DNA of 57,704 bases, the filler included, from Basidiobolus ranarum (Eukaryota), in NCBI GenBank assembly GCA_040143965.1. It is 4 parts of 4 records of this genome, joined end to end, with 100 filler letters (N's around TTAATTAATTAA, not from the genome) between each part and the next. Parts side by side here need not be neighbours in the genome. Positions count along the whole stretch, not along the records: positions 1 to 14,377 come from JASJQH010000427.1; 3 more parts are not named here. One strand, given 5' to 3'. Below, piece after piece: positions 1-12,944 of this stretch; positions within the stretch are counted from its first letter, which is position 1; every line of letters begins with the position of its first letter. Made by a program: the position numbers and the translations under genes. Under the pieces are notes generated by a model that was given only the letters and a program-made list of their open reading frames with translations, was not told the origin of the DNA and searched no databases.

Positions 1-220
1 AAATAATACCGGCCTTGGAAACAAGGGAATCGGTAAGGGTGGACTTTCCGTGATCGCCGTGAGCAATAACAGACATGTTACGAATGTTAGTAACCTTGTC
101 CATGAGGCCACGGATTTGATCTGGAAGAGAAACAAGAACATAACCGGGTTAGCACGAGCAATCAGACCGGATGCATCACCAAAATATAGAAGTATACATA
201 CCAATAGTGAAGTTAACCAT
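1..220 (-). CDS. EFT2: Translation elongation factor 2 (eEF2), 5' end only; truncated by the contig edge
   Basis: Manual minus-strand translation: exon 220-202 (MVNFTI), GTATGT..AG intron 201-121, then [40 protein letters not shown], the eEF2 N-terminus with its G1 P-loop. Not present in the ORF track. Confidence 0.95.
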
Positions 221-502
221 TTTGACGGGACACTAAAGGGATTAAAGTGGAGAAAAGACGAAAATGCCCAGGTAAAGAAGTTAAAAGGCTACATCATCCT
301 CTTATACTCTCTCACCTCGATCCTCCATCGATATTTTTTTTCGTCCTGGCTGCAAAAATTGAACCTTGAAAAGCAGGGCCCAAAGAAGAAAAAAAAGATC
401 AGACATCGCATAATTATTCATGGTACCTTGAGATGTGGTACACGCAATTTAATTGAATGAGAACGAATGTTTTTAGTTGATCTGGAGATACTGCATTTAG
501 AT

Positions 503-540
503 TCATTCCCTCAATCATTCCCTCAATCATTCCCTCAATC
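503..540. repeat. 12-bp tandem repeat (TCATTCCCTCAA)x3 in the eEF2/MRD1 divergent intergenic region
   Basis: Three exact copies at 503-514, 515-526 and 527-538, plus TC. Confidence 0.9.
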
Positions 541-944
541 CGATCTTGTTTAGTTACCAGTGTCAATCATTAACTAAACTCTCCCTTCTTTTAGTAACGT
601 CCGACCGGTTTTTGTGCTAGAATACATGCTTAGACAAAAGTTAATCAGGAACAACAAACATGGATGGTGCTGATCATTCATTGGCCCAAACACGAGGATA
701 AATTCTGCAATTATCTAAAATATTACTAAAAACTATTAAAACATAGAAATCTAGAAATCCAAGTATTTTATCTGATCAGGTGGAAAAGAATCATGCCATT
801 TTCAGTAACGCTGTGACTCTAGCTTTTTTTTCTTTTTTTTTTCACAGCGAGTTGGTGGTTACTTTGGATCACTTTAGTATTGGAAGTCCCCGCTCACGCC
901 TAGTCCATCACCAAGTTTCGTGTATATCGAAAGTTATTTTTAAT

Positions 945-3557
945 ATGTAAGAAGTGTTTTTTGCCATTCTATTTTGGTTGAGTAATTATTGATCTTTGCT
1001 CTTTAAATAATTCAGGTCACGTATCATTGTGAAGAATTTACCCAAACATTTCAATGAAGACAGATTTAAGGAGCACTTCTCAACACAGGGTGAAGTTACT
1101 GATGTGAAGTTAATTCGTACACCACAAGGGAAGAGTCGTAGATTTGGTTACGTCGGTTTTCGTACCGAAAAAGAAGCCAAAGCTGCTGTTCGACACTTCA
1201 ACGAGACTTTCATCGATACCTCCAAGATTGTTGTAGAAAAAGCCATACCGTATGGTGATTCCTCGCTTCCGCGTCCTTGGAGTCACCATAGTATTGGTTC
1301 CACAGGTTATTTTCAAAGGACGGGGATAAAACCCGAGGAAGCTCAGAAGGAAATGGAAGAGAAGAAGAAAAAACGCCAAGACGAGTTTGAGAAGGAATTA
1401 AAAAAGAAGCAGGAACATATTGAAAGTGTGTACAAAGAATTCGAGAATGATAAACTCAAAGAGTTCTTACAAGTTATGCAGCCTAAGACAAAAACCAGGA
1501 CCTGGGCTAACGACGACATGAAACCCGAGACTGAAATTCCTAAAGTTAAGACCAATGTTACTGCTGTAAAATCTAAGAAAGCTGGTGGAGAAGGAATTCT
1601 CCTCACCAAGACCCACGTAAAGTTTGATGATAGTGAGGATGAAATGTATGAGGATATGCCAGTCAAGTCTACTGAAGACGACGACAAGATGGAAATCAGC
1701 GTAGTAGTTCCAGAACAAATGCCAGAGATTGACTCTAGTGTCTCTGATCTAGATTGGCTAAAAAGCAGAATGACCATGAAGCCCGAAGATGAGGAAGAGA
1801 AGTCTGATGCTTCTGATAATGAGTCTATTTCTAACTCAAAGAAGGATCAGGATTCCGAAAGCGAAGCCGAAAACAATGTAGTAACAAGCGCCGCTGTTAA
1901 CGAGACTGCACCTGCTCCAGTCAATCCAACTCAACCGGCACCTACTACTGGTACTAAACCTAGTGATCTTCCCCCTGCTCGTCCCTTTGAAGTACCTCCG
2001 GCCGAACTGATTGCCGACACTGGTCGCCTTTTCTTGCGTAACTTGCCATATACTTGTACTGAAGATGATCTCAAGAAACTCTTCCACAAGTTTGGACCTC
2101 TTTCTGAAATCCATATGCCAATCGATAAAGAAACCAAGAAGCCCAAGGGCTTTGCTTACATTTTGTATCTTATTCCTGAGCATGCCGTTAAGGCATTCTT
2201 CGAGTTGGATGGAAAATTCTTCCAAGGTCGTCTTCTACACATTCTTCCAGCAAAAGAAAAGCCCCAACCTCCTAAGGAGGACGAAAGCAGCATGTCAATC
2301 AAAAAGCAAAAGGAAGCCAAACGCAAGGCGCAAAGTGGAAACGATTTCAATTGGAACAGTCTGTTCATGAGTAGTGATGCCATCGCAGACTCCATTGCCG
2401 ATCGCCTGAACGTTGCCAAGTCTGACATCTTAAACCCTGATGCTGACAATCTTGCAGTTCGTATGGCCATGGCTGAAACCCATATTATCACCGAAACCAA
2501 GGATTACCTTGAAGAGCATGGCATCTGTTTGGATGCTTTTGCCAAGAAAGAAAGAAGTGACACTGTCATTTTGGTCAAGAATATTCCATTCGGAACGGCC
2601 GAGGAAGAGTTTAGAGAACTCTTTGGCAAGCACGGATCATTGGGCAGAGTTTTAATCCCACCTGCCAAAACCATCGCAGTTGTGGAGTTTCTGGAGCCAA
2701 GCGAAGCTCGTGCTGCTTTCAGACATTTGGCTTATAAGCGTTTCAAGAATTCATTGATTTATCTTGAAAAAGCACCTGTTGGTGTATTTAAATCCGAATA
2801 CAACGCTGACGCACAAGCCGAAGTTAAGAAAGCTACCAAATCCTCCATGGAGGAGATTACTCAACCCGAAGAGGAGGAGGATCTGGACACAGTCACGCTC
2901 TTTGTCAAGAATCTTAACTTTGATACCACAGAGGAGTCTCTTCGTAAAACTTTCGAAGGGATTGAAGGAATGCGTGCAGTACATATCAAGACCAAGCCTG
3001 ATCCTAAGAACGCTGGTAAGAAACTATCCATGGGCTTCGGTTTTGTAGAATTCGCCTCTAAAAAGGCTGCACAAACTGCTCTGAAAGCTCTCCAAGGTGT
3101 TAAGTTAGATGATCATACATTACAACTTAAATTATCCGATAAGAAGTCTATTCACGAGCCCACTGGTCACCGTAAATCCACCTCTTCAAAGAAAGAAGGA
3201 ACCAAACTTTTGGTTAAGAATATTGCCTTCGAAGCTACCAAGAAAGACTTGCAACAATTGTTCAGCAACTATGGTCAACTCAAGCATGTTCGCCTTCCCA
3301 AGAAATTCTCTGGTGGCCATCGTGGTTTCGCTTTCGTAGAATTCTTGACGAAGCAGGAAGCTAAGAACGTAATGAACAACTTGGCTAGCACTCACTTGTA
3401 CGGTAGACATCTTGTTATTGAGTATGCGGAAGAAGAAAAGAGCATAGAGGAGATGAGAGCCAAGACCGAGAGAGAATACTCTAAAGAAGAAGCAATGAAT
3501 CCTCACAAGAAACAAAGAATCATGATGCCTGGTGAGGAGGAAGAAGAGGAGTTCTAA
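945..3557 (+). CDS. MRD1: Multiple-RRM pre-rRNA processing protein Mrd1/RBM19
   Basis: Five RRM-like domains (RNP1 motifs RFGYVGF, KGFAYILY, MGFGFVEF, RGFAFVEF) and the conserved linker FNWNSLFMSSDAI..AVRMAMAETHII. Splicing AT(945-946) across intron 947-1015 to G gives the typical MSRIIVKNLP start. Confidence 0.95.
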
Positions 3558-3984
3558 ATCACCGCCCTTGAATCCACCTTTGCTCATCTTTCACGTATAG
3601 AATGTAATCTAATTTACCCACTGAACTCTTGCACATCTGTAGAATAAATTTACTCATTTGTTAATCATTATTCGATATCATCCTCCATTCTGCCATTTCT
3701 CGTGCTAAAATTTGAGTGGCTATTATTGGTTGGGAGCATATATCCACAGAGAACATATTATCCTAGAAATCATTGTTTATTTTATTGAGGATTTTACATC
3801 ACGACATTAACAGCTATTGATTGGATAAATGTGAGCTTCCCTCGAAATACCAAGATTACTGCTTCTGGTGAATACAATAGATTTCTTTCGATGGCAGTTG
3901 GATTTTTTCTTTTATATCCACACTGTGTAGATAGTGACCTTTGCTTCACCTTTTCAATATATTTATTAAATTAATTCTTTAAGT

Positions 3985-4680
3985 ATGAACGTAGAAGAAA
4001 ACGGTGATACCAATCTGAACACTTATAAAGCCGCCTTCGAGAGAGTAAGTTATACACTTAGTAGTTGCTGTATTTTGAATACTCTTTCTTATTTGTCAAC
4101 AATAGAGATACCAAGCTTGGTTGGACTCCACTACCCCTCATGTCGCTCCTAGATGGGCCGTTTTCGGCCTTCTATTAGTTGTGTTCATGCTTCGTATTAT
4201 CTTTGCTCAAGGGTGGTACATTGTCTGTTATGCTCTAGGAATCTATTTGTTGAACCTGTTCCTTGCTTTCTTAACCCCGAAGTTTGATCCGGCTATGGAG
4301 GAGGAGTTGGATCTAGAAGGTGAAGCTGAAGAGGGTCCTTCACTTCCAACAAAAGCAGATGAAGAATTCCGTCCTTTCATTCGTCGCCTTCCTGAGTTTA
4401 AATTTTGGTAACACTTTTTTCAAAAGCAATAATTATGTAGGATAACTTTCTAAGCTCTTTTATGTTTATTTTCAGGTACTCTGCCCTCAAAGCTACTTTA
4501 ATCTCACTATTCTGCACCTTGTTCACTGCCTTAGACCTTCCCGTATTTTGGCCAATCTTACTGATCTACTTTATTATCTTATTTGCTCTCACGATGAAGC
4601 GTCAACTCCAACATATGTTGAGATACAAGTATCTTCCTTTCACCACTGGAAAGAAGCAGTACACGAAATCCAATAAATAG
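3985..4680 (+). CDS. RER1: Golgi-to-ER retrieval receptor Rer1 (3 exons)
   Basis: GWYIVCYALGIYLLNLFLAFLTPKFDP, EEFRPFIRRLPEFKFW and PVFWPILLIYF..TMKRQLQHM motifs. Introns at about 4045-4105 and 4408-4475. Confidence 0.96.
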
Positions 4681-5126
4681 AAGGGCTTAATGTTCAGTTT
4701 ATTTTACCGAAAAACTAGTCTAGCAATAAACTTTATAAATGATTTTGCAAACCAAGTGGCCGTTCTCTTTTACTATCCTCCTTACACTTGGAGCACACCC
4801 GCAGGTTTACTAACCCTAACCCTAAGGACTAAACAACACTGCCATAATAGAATTTGGTTAAATATAGCATCCTCATTGGATAGAAAGATTATATAATACT
4901 GAACGCAAGATAGTACGTATTCATTTAATATTTCATCAACCCAACGTCAACCACGTACATACAAAGTGATCCAATTCCAAATGAATTTTTTGTATATCAA
5001 GCTAACCCTAAAATCACCAATAGCATTTCAGCTAAATCATTCGTCGCCTTCCTTGATACTTGTGCATTTTTAGATAGCTTTTTCGTTTTTACCTAGTTGT
5101 TTAGCTATTGAAGAAAGTAATTGAAT

Positions 5127-6515
5127 ATGGTAACTATTTGTAACAATGCTCTCCTCTTTATCCCAAACTAAGCGTACTCCTTCTTTAAAATCAGGCTGAA
5201 AGCACTAAACCCGCCACTAACTCTTTTGATACCCAACATGAGGACATGATCGTAAGTTGCTTCTTTTTTGAGACCTTTGCAAGAAAGCTAATATTCACAG
5301 TGAATCAATAGCATGATGCTCAAATGGACTACTACGGTAAACGTTTGGCCACTTGTTCCTCCGATCGTACTATTCGGATCTTTGAAGTTGAAGGAGAGAA
5401 CCAAAGATTGATACAAGTATTGCAAGGGTGAGTTTTGGTTTAGAAAGCACTTATTTAGCCCAAGATGAAAAGCCCAAAGTTATTAATTGTGTTATTATTT
5501 TTTGAACAGCCATGAAGGTCCTGTATGGCAAGTTGCTTGGGCTCATCCTAAATTTGGTAGCATTCTTGCTTCTTGTTCTTATGACGGACGTGTTTTCATC
5601 TGGAAAGAAGTTGAAGGAAATTGGACCAAGATTAAGGAACACACTCATCATACTTCTTCTGGTAAGATATATCTCTTTAACAGTTATGATGACCCTCTTT
5701 CCCTTCTTTTCTTGCTAACTTGAATTTTTCTCTGTTTATAGTGAACTCAATTTCCTGGGCTCCCCATGAGTTGGGTCCAGTTATTGCTTGTGCCTCATCC
5801 GATGGAAAAGTCTCTGTTTTAACTTTCAGAGATGACGCCACTTGGGATGTTCAAGTACTTCAAGCAGATGCTATAGGCTGTAATGCTGTTGCCTGGGCAC
5901 CCGCTACCACACCAGGTGGATTAATTCAAGTTTCCGGTGCTGCTCCTAACGCAAATTCCGTTAAAAGATTTGCCACTGGCGGTTGTGATAACCAGATTAA
6001 GATTTGGTCTTGGAGGTAAAAATAATACAACTATACTTTATTAACTATTGACAAAGTCTCTAATTAGTTATTTATTACTCTATTACTCCCTTACTATTAG
6101 AGAGGATACTAATACTTGGAAAGAGGAGGATTCTCTTGAAGGACATACCGATTGGATTCGTGATTTAGCTTGGGCACCTAATATTGGCCTTCCTAAGACT
6201 TACCTTGCCAGTTGCTCTCAAGTAAGCATAGAAATTCAAGGGAATCTCTCTTTAGTTCTATAAATCCCTGCTAATCTTTGTTTCTTGAAGGATAAAACCG
6301 TATTGATCTGGACTAAAGACTCTCCTAATGGTAGCTGGGTCAAGAAGGCATTGAAGGCAGAGAAGTTCCCAGATGTCGTTTGGCGTGTTAGTTGGTCACT
6401 CTCTGGCAATATCTTGGCCGTCTCTTGCGGTGATAATAAAGTCACCCTTTGGAAGGAGAACTTGAAGGGAGATTGGGAATGTGTTAGTGAAATGGAAGAA
6501 AAGAATATATATTAG
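5127..6515 (+). CDS. SEC13: COPII/nuclear pore WD40 protein Sec13 (multi-exon)
   Basis: Spliced [65 protein letters not shown] and [27 protein letters not shown]. The first coding exon is ATG only. Confidence 0.96.
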
Positions 6516-6773
6516 ATAGGAATGAAATGAAATTTGAAGTCAAAATCCATAATAAACTACAATAATCCCATACCAAATTCAACCCGTCCTATCCCATTTC
6601 CATGGTCAGATATATATTTCAAAATATTCAAGTTCTAGGAGTTTAACCCTCACTTTACGCTTCTTTTATTATGAAAAAAAAGTATCTACGATAGTGTATA
6701 AGGCTAATGTTTTGTTTATTTGAATACGTGGTAGTTGTCAAACATTTAAAATCTCTAGTAAACTAAGAGGAAT

Positions 6774-7442
6774 TTACTTGCGGAGAGTGCTACGACCACA
6801 TCTCTTGGTGACCTTCTTGGGCTTTTGAGCGGCAAGAATAGCGGAGAGACGACCGAGAGCAGCCTAAATCAATTGAATGATTAGTAAAAAAGAAGCATAA
6901 CAGCAGTAATAACCATAATAATAATAATGAAGAGAATTGTTTCGACATAGAAATAACCCTTTTCCATAGAGATTAGAAAAAGCGTGGGTATCAGATGAAG
7001 ATATTAAATGTTGCAATCAGATTACGTCCAGCCTTCATGTTACGAATTGGGTGGATTCTAGCAGATTGCCATAATAATGATAGAAAGTAAGGGAAGGGTA
7101 TGCAACGAAATGTACCTTGCGCAAATCAGCACGATAACCGGAGCGAACGATGCTGTTGACAATGACCTTGGCAGATCTACGGGAAGATCCGGAGACAGCG
7201 GCCTTTTGGAATACTTTGTTGGGCTTGGAAGCAGAGATGGATTGCTTCTTGGTGGTCAAGACAACACCTTTACCAGTAGGAGCGGCAGTAACACCAACAA
7301 CCTTCTTGTTAGCCAAACCAGAGTACTTGAAGGAGTTCAAGTTGGTCAAGTTGTTAGGTTCAGTAGTGAATTGAACTCCGCTACGCTTAACGAGGAAGCT
7401 GGAGTTGTCCTTAACGAGAAGCCAGGTAAGATCAGCCGACAT
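6774..7442 (-). CDS. RPL28: 60S ribosomal protein eL28
   Basis: MSADLTWLLVKDNSSFLVKR..EPNNLTNLNSFKYSGL..GYRADLRK, intron 7115-6864, then AALGRLSAILAAQKPKK..RK*. A probable 5'UTR intron lies at 7526-7452. Confidence 0.95.
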
Positions 7443-7908
7443 GGTAAATATCTAGTATCAAAGAGTTGTTAGTTCTATCCTATGCATCCATTCAATATGT
7501 GGATTCCATCCATAATCAATACATACATCTAGACAAAAGCCAGTTCGAGAAAGAAGGAATCAGCCAGAGCTAACATCTGCTCAATAAAGTCTTTCCATTC
7601 ATTCTACAGGGGGACCCGGGGCTCATCTAAAAAAAATATGAAAAAGTTTCCATCCACGAATCCAACCTTAAACCCAAAAGTAACCCAAGATCTCGTAATG
7701 TTATGCGAACTCACGAAATATGCCAAACCGAGGATCACTTATACATCCCTAAAATTTTGACTTGATTACACTGTTGATAGAGACAGGAATATTATGATCA
7801 TTAACGTCACTATAGTATCAACCAAAGTTGTAGAAGCCAAGTAGTTTGTCAAAATATCTATTCAGCACTCTATTTATTCAGCACTCTTGGCTGACCTATT
7901 TAAATAAA

Positions 7909-9223
7909 ATGCAAACCAACGAGAGCAGATATATCAAAGAAGTGTGGGCTGAAAACCTTGAACAAGAGATAGCTTATCTTAGAATTCTCATTGATAAGTA
8001 TCCTTATGTTGCCATGGTACGTTCTTATACATCTCTATATCTTGATGTACGCGAAAAGTGTGCTTTATTTTCGTGTAAATGCACGACTTTCTATCGAATA
8101 CAGTCAAGTGGAAATTCTCTTTTATTAGTGGGAATTAATGCTTCGTTTAGGATACCGAGTTTCCTGGAGTTGTGGCCAGACCTATTGGAACTTTCAAAAA
8201 TTCCGCCGATTATCACTTTCAAACTTTACGCTGTAACGTAGATTTGTTGAAGTTGATCCAGCTAGGGATCACTTTAGCCGATGAAAGAGGTAACTTACCT
8301 CCCGGTATCTGTACATGGCAATTTAATTTCAAATTTAGCTTGAGGTAACCCACCGCATATTCTGGTCCATATGTTTGAAAGTACCAACTGATGTTGTATT
8401 TTAGTGAAGATTCTTACGCCCAAGACTCCATTGATTTACTTAACAAATCTGGCCTTGACTTTGAAAAACATCAGGAGTTTGGAATTGATGTCCATCAATT
8501 TGGAGAATTGTTGATCAGTTCTGGTTTTGTATTGTTCAAAGAAGTAAGATGGATCTCGTTTCACAGGTATATATATATCCTTTTCTATGGAAATCCCTCT
8601 CGAAGTATTCTAATAATATTGAATTTTTTTTAGTGGTTACGACTTTGGATATTTACTGAAAGTGCTCACCTGTGCTCCACTTCCTGCCGACGAAAAGGAT
8701 TTCTTTGAATTGTTACAGATTTATTTTCCATGTATTTATGATATCAAATATCTTATGAAAAGTTGTAGAAATCTCAAGGGGGGATTGCAAGATATCGCTG
8801 ATGAATTACAGGTAACCTTTATTATGATGAGGTTTCAGCAATCTCTCTTTTTAACCACCGTTTTACTCTTTAGGTTCCTAGGATTGGCCCTCAACACCAA
8901 GCTGGAAGTGATAGTCTTCTAACATGCACCACATTCTTTAAAATGAGACAAATCTTCTTTGATGATTATATAGAGGATGAAAAATTCCTGTAAGCGTCTT
9001 TGTTCTTCCATAGATTGAATAGCTCTTATTAATGCTTATTGTTGGATATAGCGGTCACTTGTATGGTTTAGGTTCAGGAACCAACAACAACTCCACCTCT
9101 ACAGCACCCAATCCGATGCCCACCCCGATTGCTGCTGCGTTGTCAGTCAACTCTACGATGCCAGAATTTAGTAATAGTAAGGTTCTAAGCGCTATTTTTA
9201 ATAGTGCCACTCCTGGTCTATAA
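7909..9223 (+). CDS. CAF1: CCR4-NOT deadenylase Caf1/Pop2 (CNOT7/8), DEDD nuclease
   Basis: [68 protein letters not shown] and [13 protein letters not shown] across several short introns. Confidence 0.95.
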
Positions 9224-9667
9224 TCCTCTTTCTTTCCCACATATGTCATTCTCACCATGTAAAGCTAGTTTCAATATATACGCTACTATCATACATCTTA
9301 TTCTACTTGTCATATATTCTGCCACCCATCCTGCCACCCATCCTGTCTATTTAGTTTGCAAAATAAACTCGCGATTGATGAATAGATTAGCTTGAGTTGA
9401 AGATATCAGCATGCTAGTGTAATATCTAGATATCTGTGATGAAATTAATCACCAATATCATGGACAATAGGATGATTTAATGAGAAGTGAAAATGATGGA
9501 AATTACCATGAACAAAGGTAGTTCTAATGGATTGGAATTTATTCGACACTAATAATGTTTGGTATGACTACTCCAAATAGGAAAGAAAGAGAGGATTATA
9601 ACGCAATTATAACGCATTTAGTTGCTCCGTCGCTATACAGAAGATTCTATGGGATTCAAGAGTTCAT

Positions 9668-12600
9668 TTACTCCGAAGTATGTTCTTTACGAGATCGATA
9701 AAAGTTAAGGTTTCCTTGAAGAAAGCTCCAGAAATGTTTCAAAGATTGTCTAAATTGAATGCATGAATGAACGTTAAGTAATTATCCAAGAGAGAGATCA
9801 CTGAATATACACATGTATACCTTCTTTCCGGAAGCATTGGGTACTAGGGCGGGAGGAAGCGCAAGGTGAGGGAGAAATAAAACAAATAGCATAGATAGAA
9901 TAAGCAGTGGATTTCGTGGCATCATTTTCTAACCAAATACAAGCTTACCTGAAGTTTGGGAACTGGCTTGATCATCTCTCCAGTTAGAAGACAGCGAAGG
10001 ACATACAGTGAGAGATAATGGGATCTCATTTCTTTTAGTAGCAACGAGTATTGAAAGAATACTGACATAATGGGTATTGGCATATTTCTAACAAACAAGT
10101 AGGTGATCTTTTTGGGATGAGAAGACGGTGGGGATGCAACTCTTTCATTCGACACTACACTAGAGTAAGTTCTCTGCTTTCCACGATAACGAATATCCAG
10201 ATTAGATGGCTCACTCACTCGCTCCCGATGATAAGAAGTAAGAGAGACAGGTTTAGGGGCTTGAAGGGTATGATTCCCATCTTTGACTGATTTCTCTCGG
10301 TTCGCACGGGAGTTACTCGCTCTGGACTTGGTACGTTGTCGGGGCGATTTGAAGGTTTGCTTTAATCGATCTAGTATGAGAGAGAATGGCTTCTTTCGAC
10401 GTAAAATATAATTACTATCGCAAATATCTAATTTCAATCCACCTGGTAATTTCTCCGGATCCAATATACGAAGCATGATGGCGAAGATAGGAAAATGATT
10501 CAACAACGCCAATAACATTCCAAATCCAATTTGCAGAAATACCACCCCAAGTCGTCCCTTTAGAAGACATGGTTAATGCTGGTTCAATGGTTACTTTCAC
10601 TATTCTTTGGTTACCGTTAAAAACGTCAGATAATACACCACAATGGTGGGAAATAGGAAGGTCAAAAGGGTAAACAGAATGGTTCCTATCAACAATTGGT
10701 CCAATCCGTAATCACATGAGTCGGTTCTGTTACGTAGTGGATTGTACTTCTTGCCTAGAATGTCCTAATAGTTAGATCTGAACGAAAGTTGTCAACATGC
10801 TGGTGAACTCACCTCGGAAGAGATTAAACAGAGAGTACAAAACTGAGAATTGCCAATTATAGATTCGTGCTGCCACCAGATAAAACCAGTAAATATGAAG
10901 TGTCAATAGCGACAACAGATCTATCATCAACGCAAGAATCATCGAACATCCAAACACCCCGAACAGTCCGATCACGGCAATGACAGCGGGGATCAATGGC
11001 CTCATAGGGACGATACATACTACACAAAAGAAACCATTGGCCCATAGTTCTAAAACATCAACACTACAAGTGAGCATTTACCTGACCACAAATGAATCAA
11101 CCACAGGAAGAGCTCTCCAAGGAACTTGTCTAATTCACTGTTCAGTTTGAGTCCAGCCGGCCATCCCATCAGCCATACCATCAACAGCTCGAGGGATGAT
11201 ATCGTATAATGCTACAGGGACATACATGCTTAGTTCCACCGTTGGTTTTTTGAAACATACGAGTGTTCTTACGTCTAGATTTTCCATTAGAAACCGCGTC
11301 ACTTCCACACTGTTGTTGATTAGAAAAGTTCCCACTGCTACACCGAACATGATATCATTGGCTACAAGCCACATGCTGTTGTAGAAGCTGAGGAAAAGCA
11401 TAGTGAGAACGGTGTATCCAATCTACTGATGAAACCAAGGATAACATTACTTGATGTAGTGAGCTCGGGTGATATCGGAGTCGGACCATCTCTTTTTCCG
11501 TAGTGTACTATATTGCCATGGCCAGAAACAAGCCAGTCGCAGCCTTAGATCAATCTGTTGACCTGGAAGGAGATCAGTCATCGAATATAGATTGGGGGAA
11601 TAAGTGGGAATTATCTGGTATACCTGTGGCTGTCAAGTCTTTCAATGAGGCTCCATTGAGACACCACTTGGGAAGATGAAGGTTGAGAAGTGTTAAGAAA
11701 AGCTCAGCTAATACGCGTGCAATAAACAACACAACCCACAAGGGCTGTGCAAACACTAAGGTAAGGACTTTGGACGCGATGGTGACAAATACGGATACCC
11801 ACGAGTCTAGCACTCGAAAGACAGAAGACATCCAGATGAATGGTCTACCTCGTCTGGTCAACGAGGCTTTCTTCGGGCATCGACGTTTTATGCAACGCTC
11901 GATATCGAACGAAGAATTGATCTGATTGGGTTAGTTCACAGCAGAGATGTCAAACGAAGACAAAGCAAGATCTTACTTGATTTAGAACCACATCCATATC
12001 ATCGTCGCCAGAATTTTCATTAGGATGGGTGCCACGCTTGTTAGGTAGCATGAAATTCTTGGCTTTCTTGGTTATCTGAGCGATCTCATTGTCCACATTC
12101 ACATCTTTACTCGCTTTCGTATTCGCATCCCCATCTCGTTCAATGTACTTGGAGATGTCAAGATCGAGTGGCTGATTAGAGAGATGTTGAAGATGGGATG
12201 GATCGGGCCGTTTAAAGAAGATGATCTCTGAACTTAAACTGTGGTAGCGATAACCACAACAATACACCGATCTACAACAGAAGCCGCGGTTAGTAGATCA
12301 AAAGGAACTTCAAGTGGGTTGGACGTACCGAAGAGTAGGCATTAGATTCTTCTGCATCTGTATCGTAACCCATAAGTTCGCAGTCTGTTTCTTTTCAATG
12401 ATCCCTAGAAACAAGCATCAGTAACTCTGAGTCGATAAGCTCTTCCTATGGCGAGAGAAAGGGTACCTTTGTCGTTAAGAATCCCGTTCGGGTCCTCTTC
12501 ATTCTCATCCATCGACATAAACACCCCAATCACACTCGGTGGAACCTTACATAGATCTAGCATGGTATCGTACTCCGAATAGCTTTCCGACGATAAATTC

Positions 12601-12839
12601 CCCAAGAATTTCTCTAAACTAGGGAGCTAATTCGATGAAAATAGAACGAACGGGTGTCATCAGATATCCTTAGGTAATGTCAAGACAAAACTTGAGCCTA
12701 CCTCCACGTCATGAATCACTGCCGCTACACACGCAGTAAAACTACGAACGTTCCAGCCAACAAGAAAGCCTGATTTTGTTTTCTCATCACAAACATGAGT
12801 TGGCCAAAATATCTTAGAGACAGCAAGGCCAGAGTTCAT
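9668..12839 (-). CDS. GPI1: GPI-GlcNAc transferase subunit Gpi1/PIG-Q (multi-exon)
   Basis: N-terminal [75 protein letters not shown] and LNHFPIF. Two small terminal exons ([17 protein letters not shown]) are inferred from splice sites. Confidence 0.9.
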
Positions 12840-12944
12840 GATTATGCTTATGTTGTGGGTGGACCAATGTATTCAAATAAAAACTTTACGAGATAAAGTC
12901 GGCGCGTTTAGTCTTCTGAAAAGACCCCTAATAAATTCTTCTGT

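Noticed and set aside
50-460. 136-aa + strand ORF
   Set aside because: Antisense shadow of the eEF2 exons, intron and promoter; GTG start and no recognisable motif.
1110-3587. Many overlapping short ORFs within MRD1 (similar ones occur within the channel, aquaporin, LRR and ABC genes)
   Set aside because: Alternative-frame or antisense by-products of long coding exons.
9319-9345. Short duplications (CTGCCACCCATC x2; TTATAACGCA x2 near 9596-9616)
   Set aside because: Two-copy slippage duplications in 3' regions; no spacer structure, not CRISPR-like.
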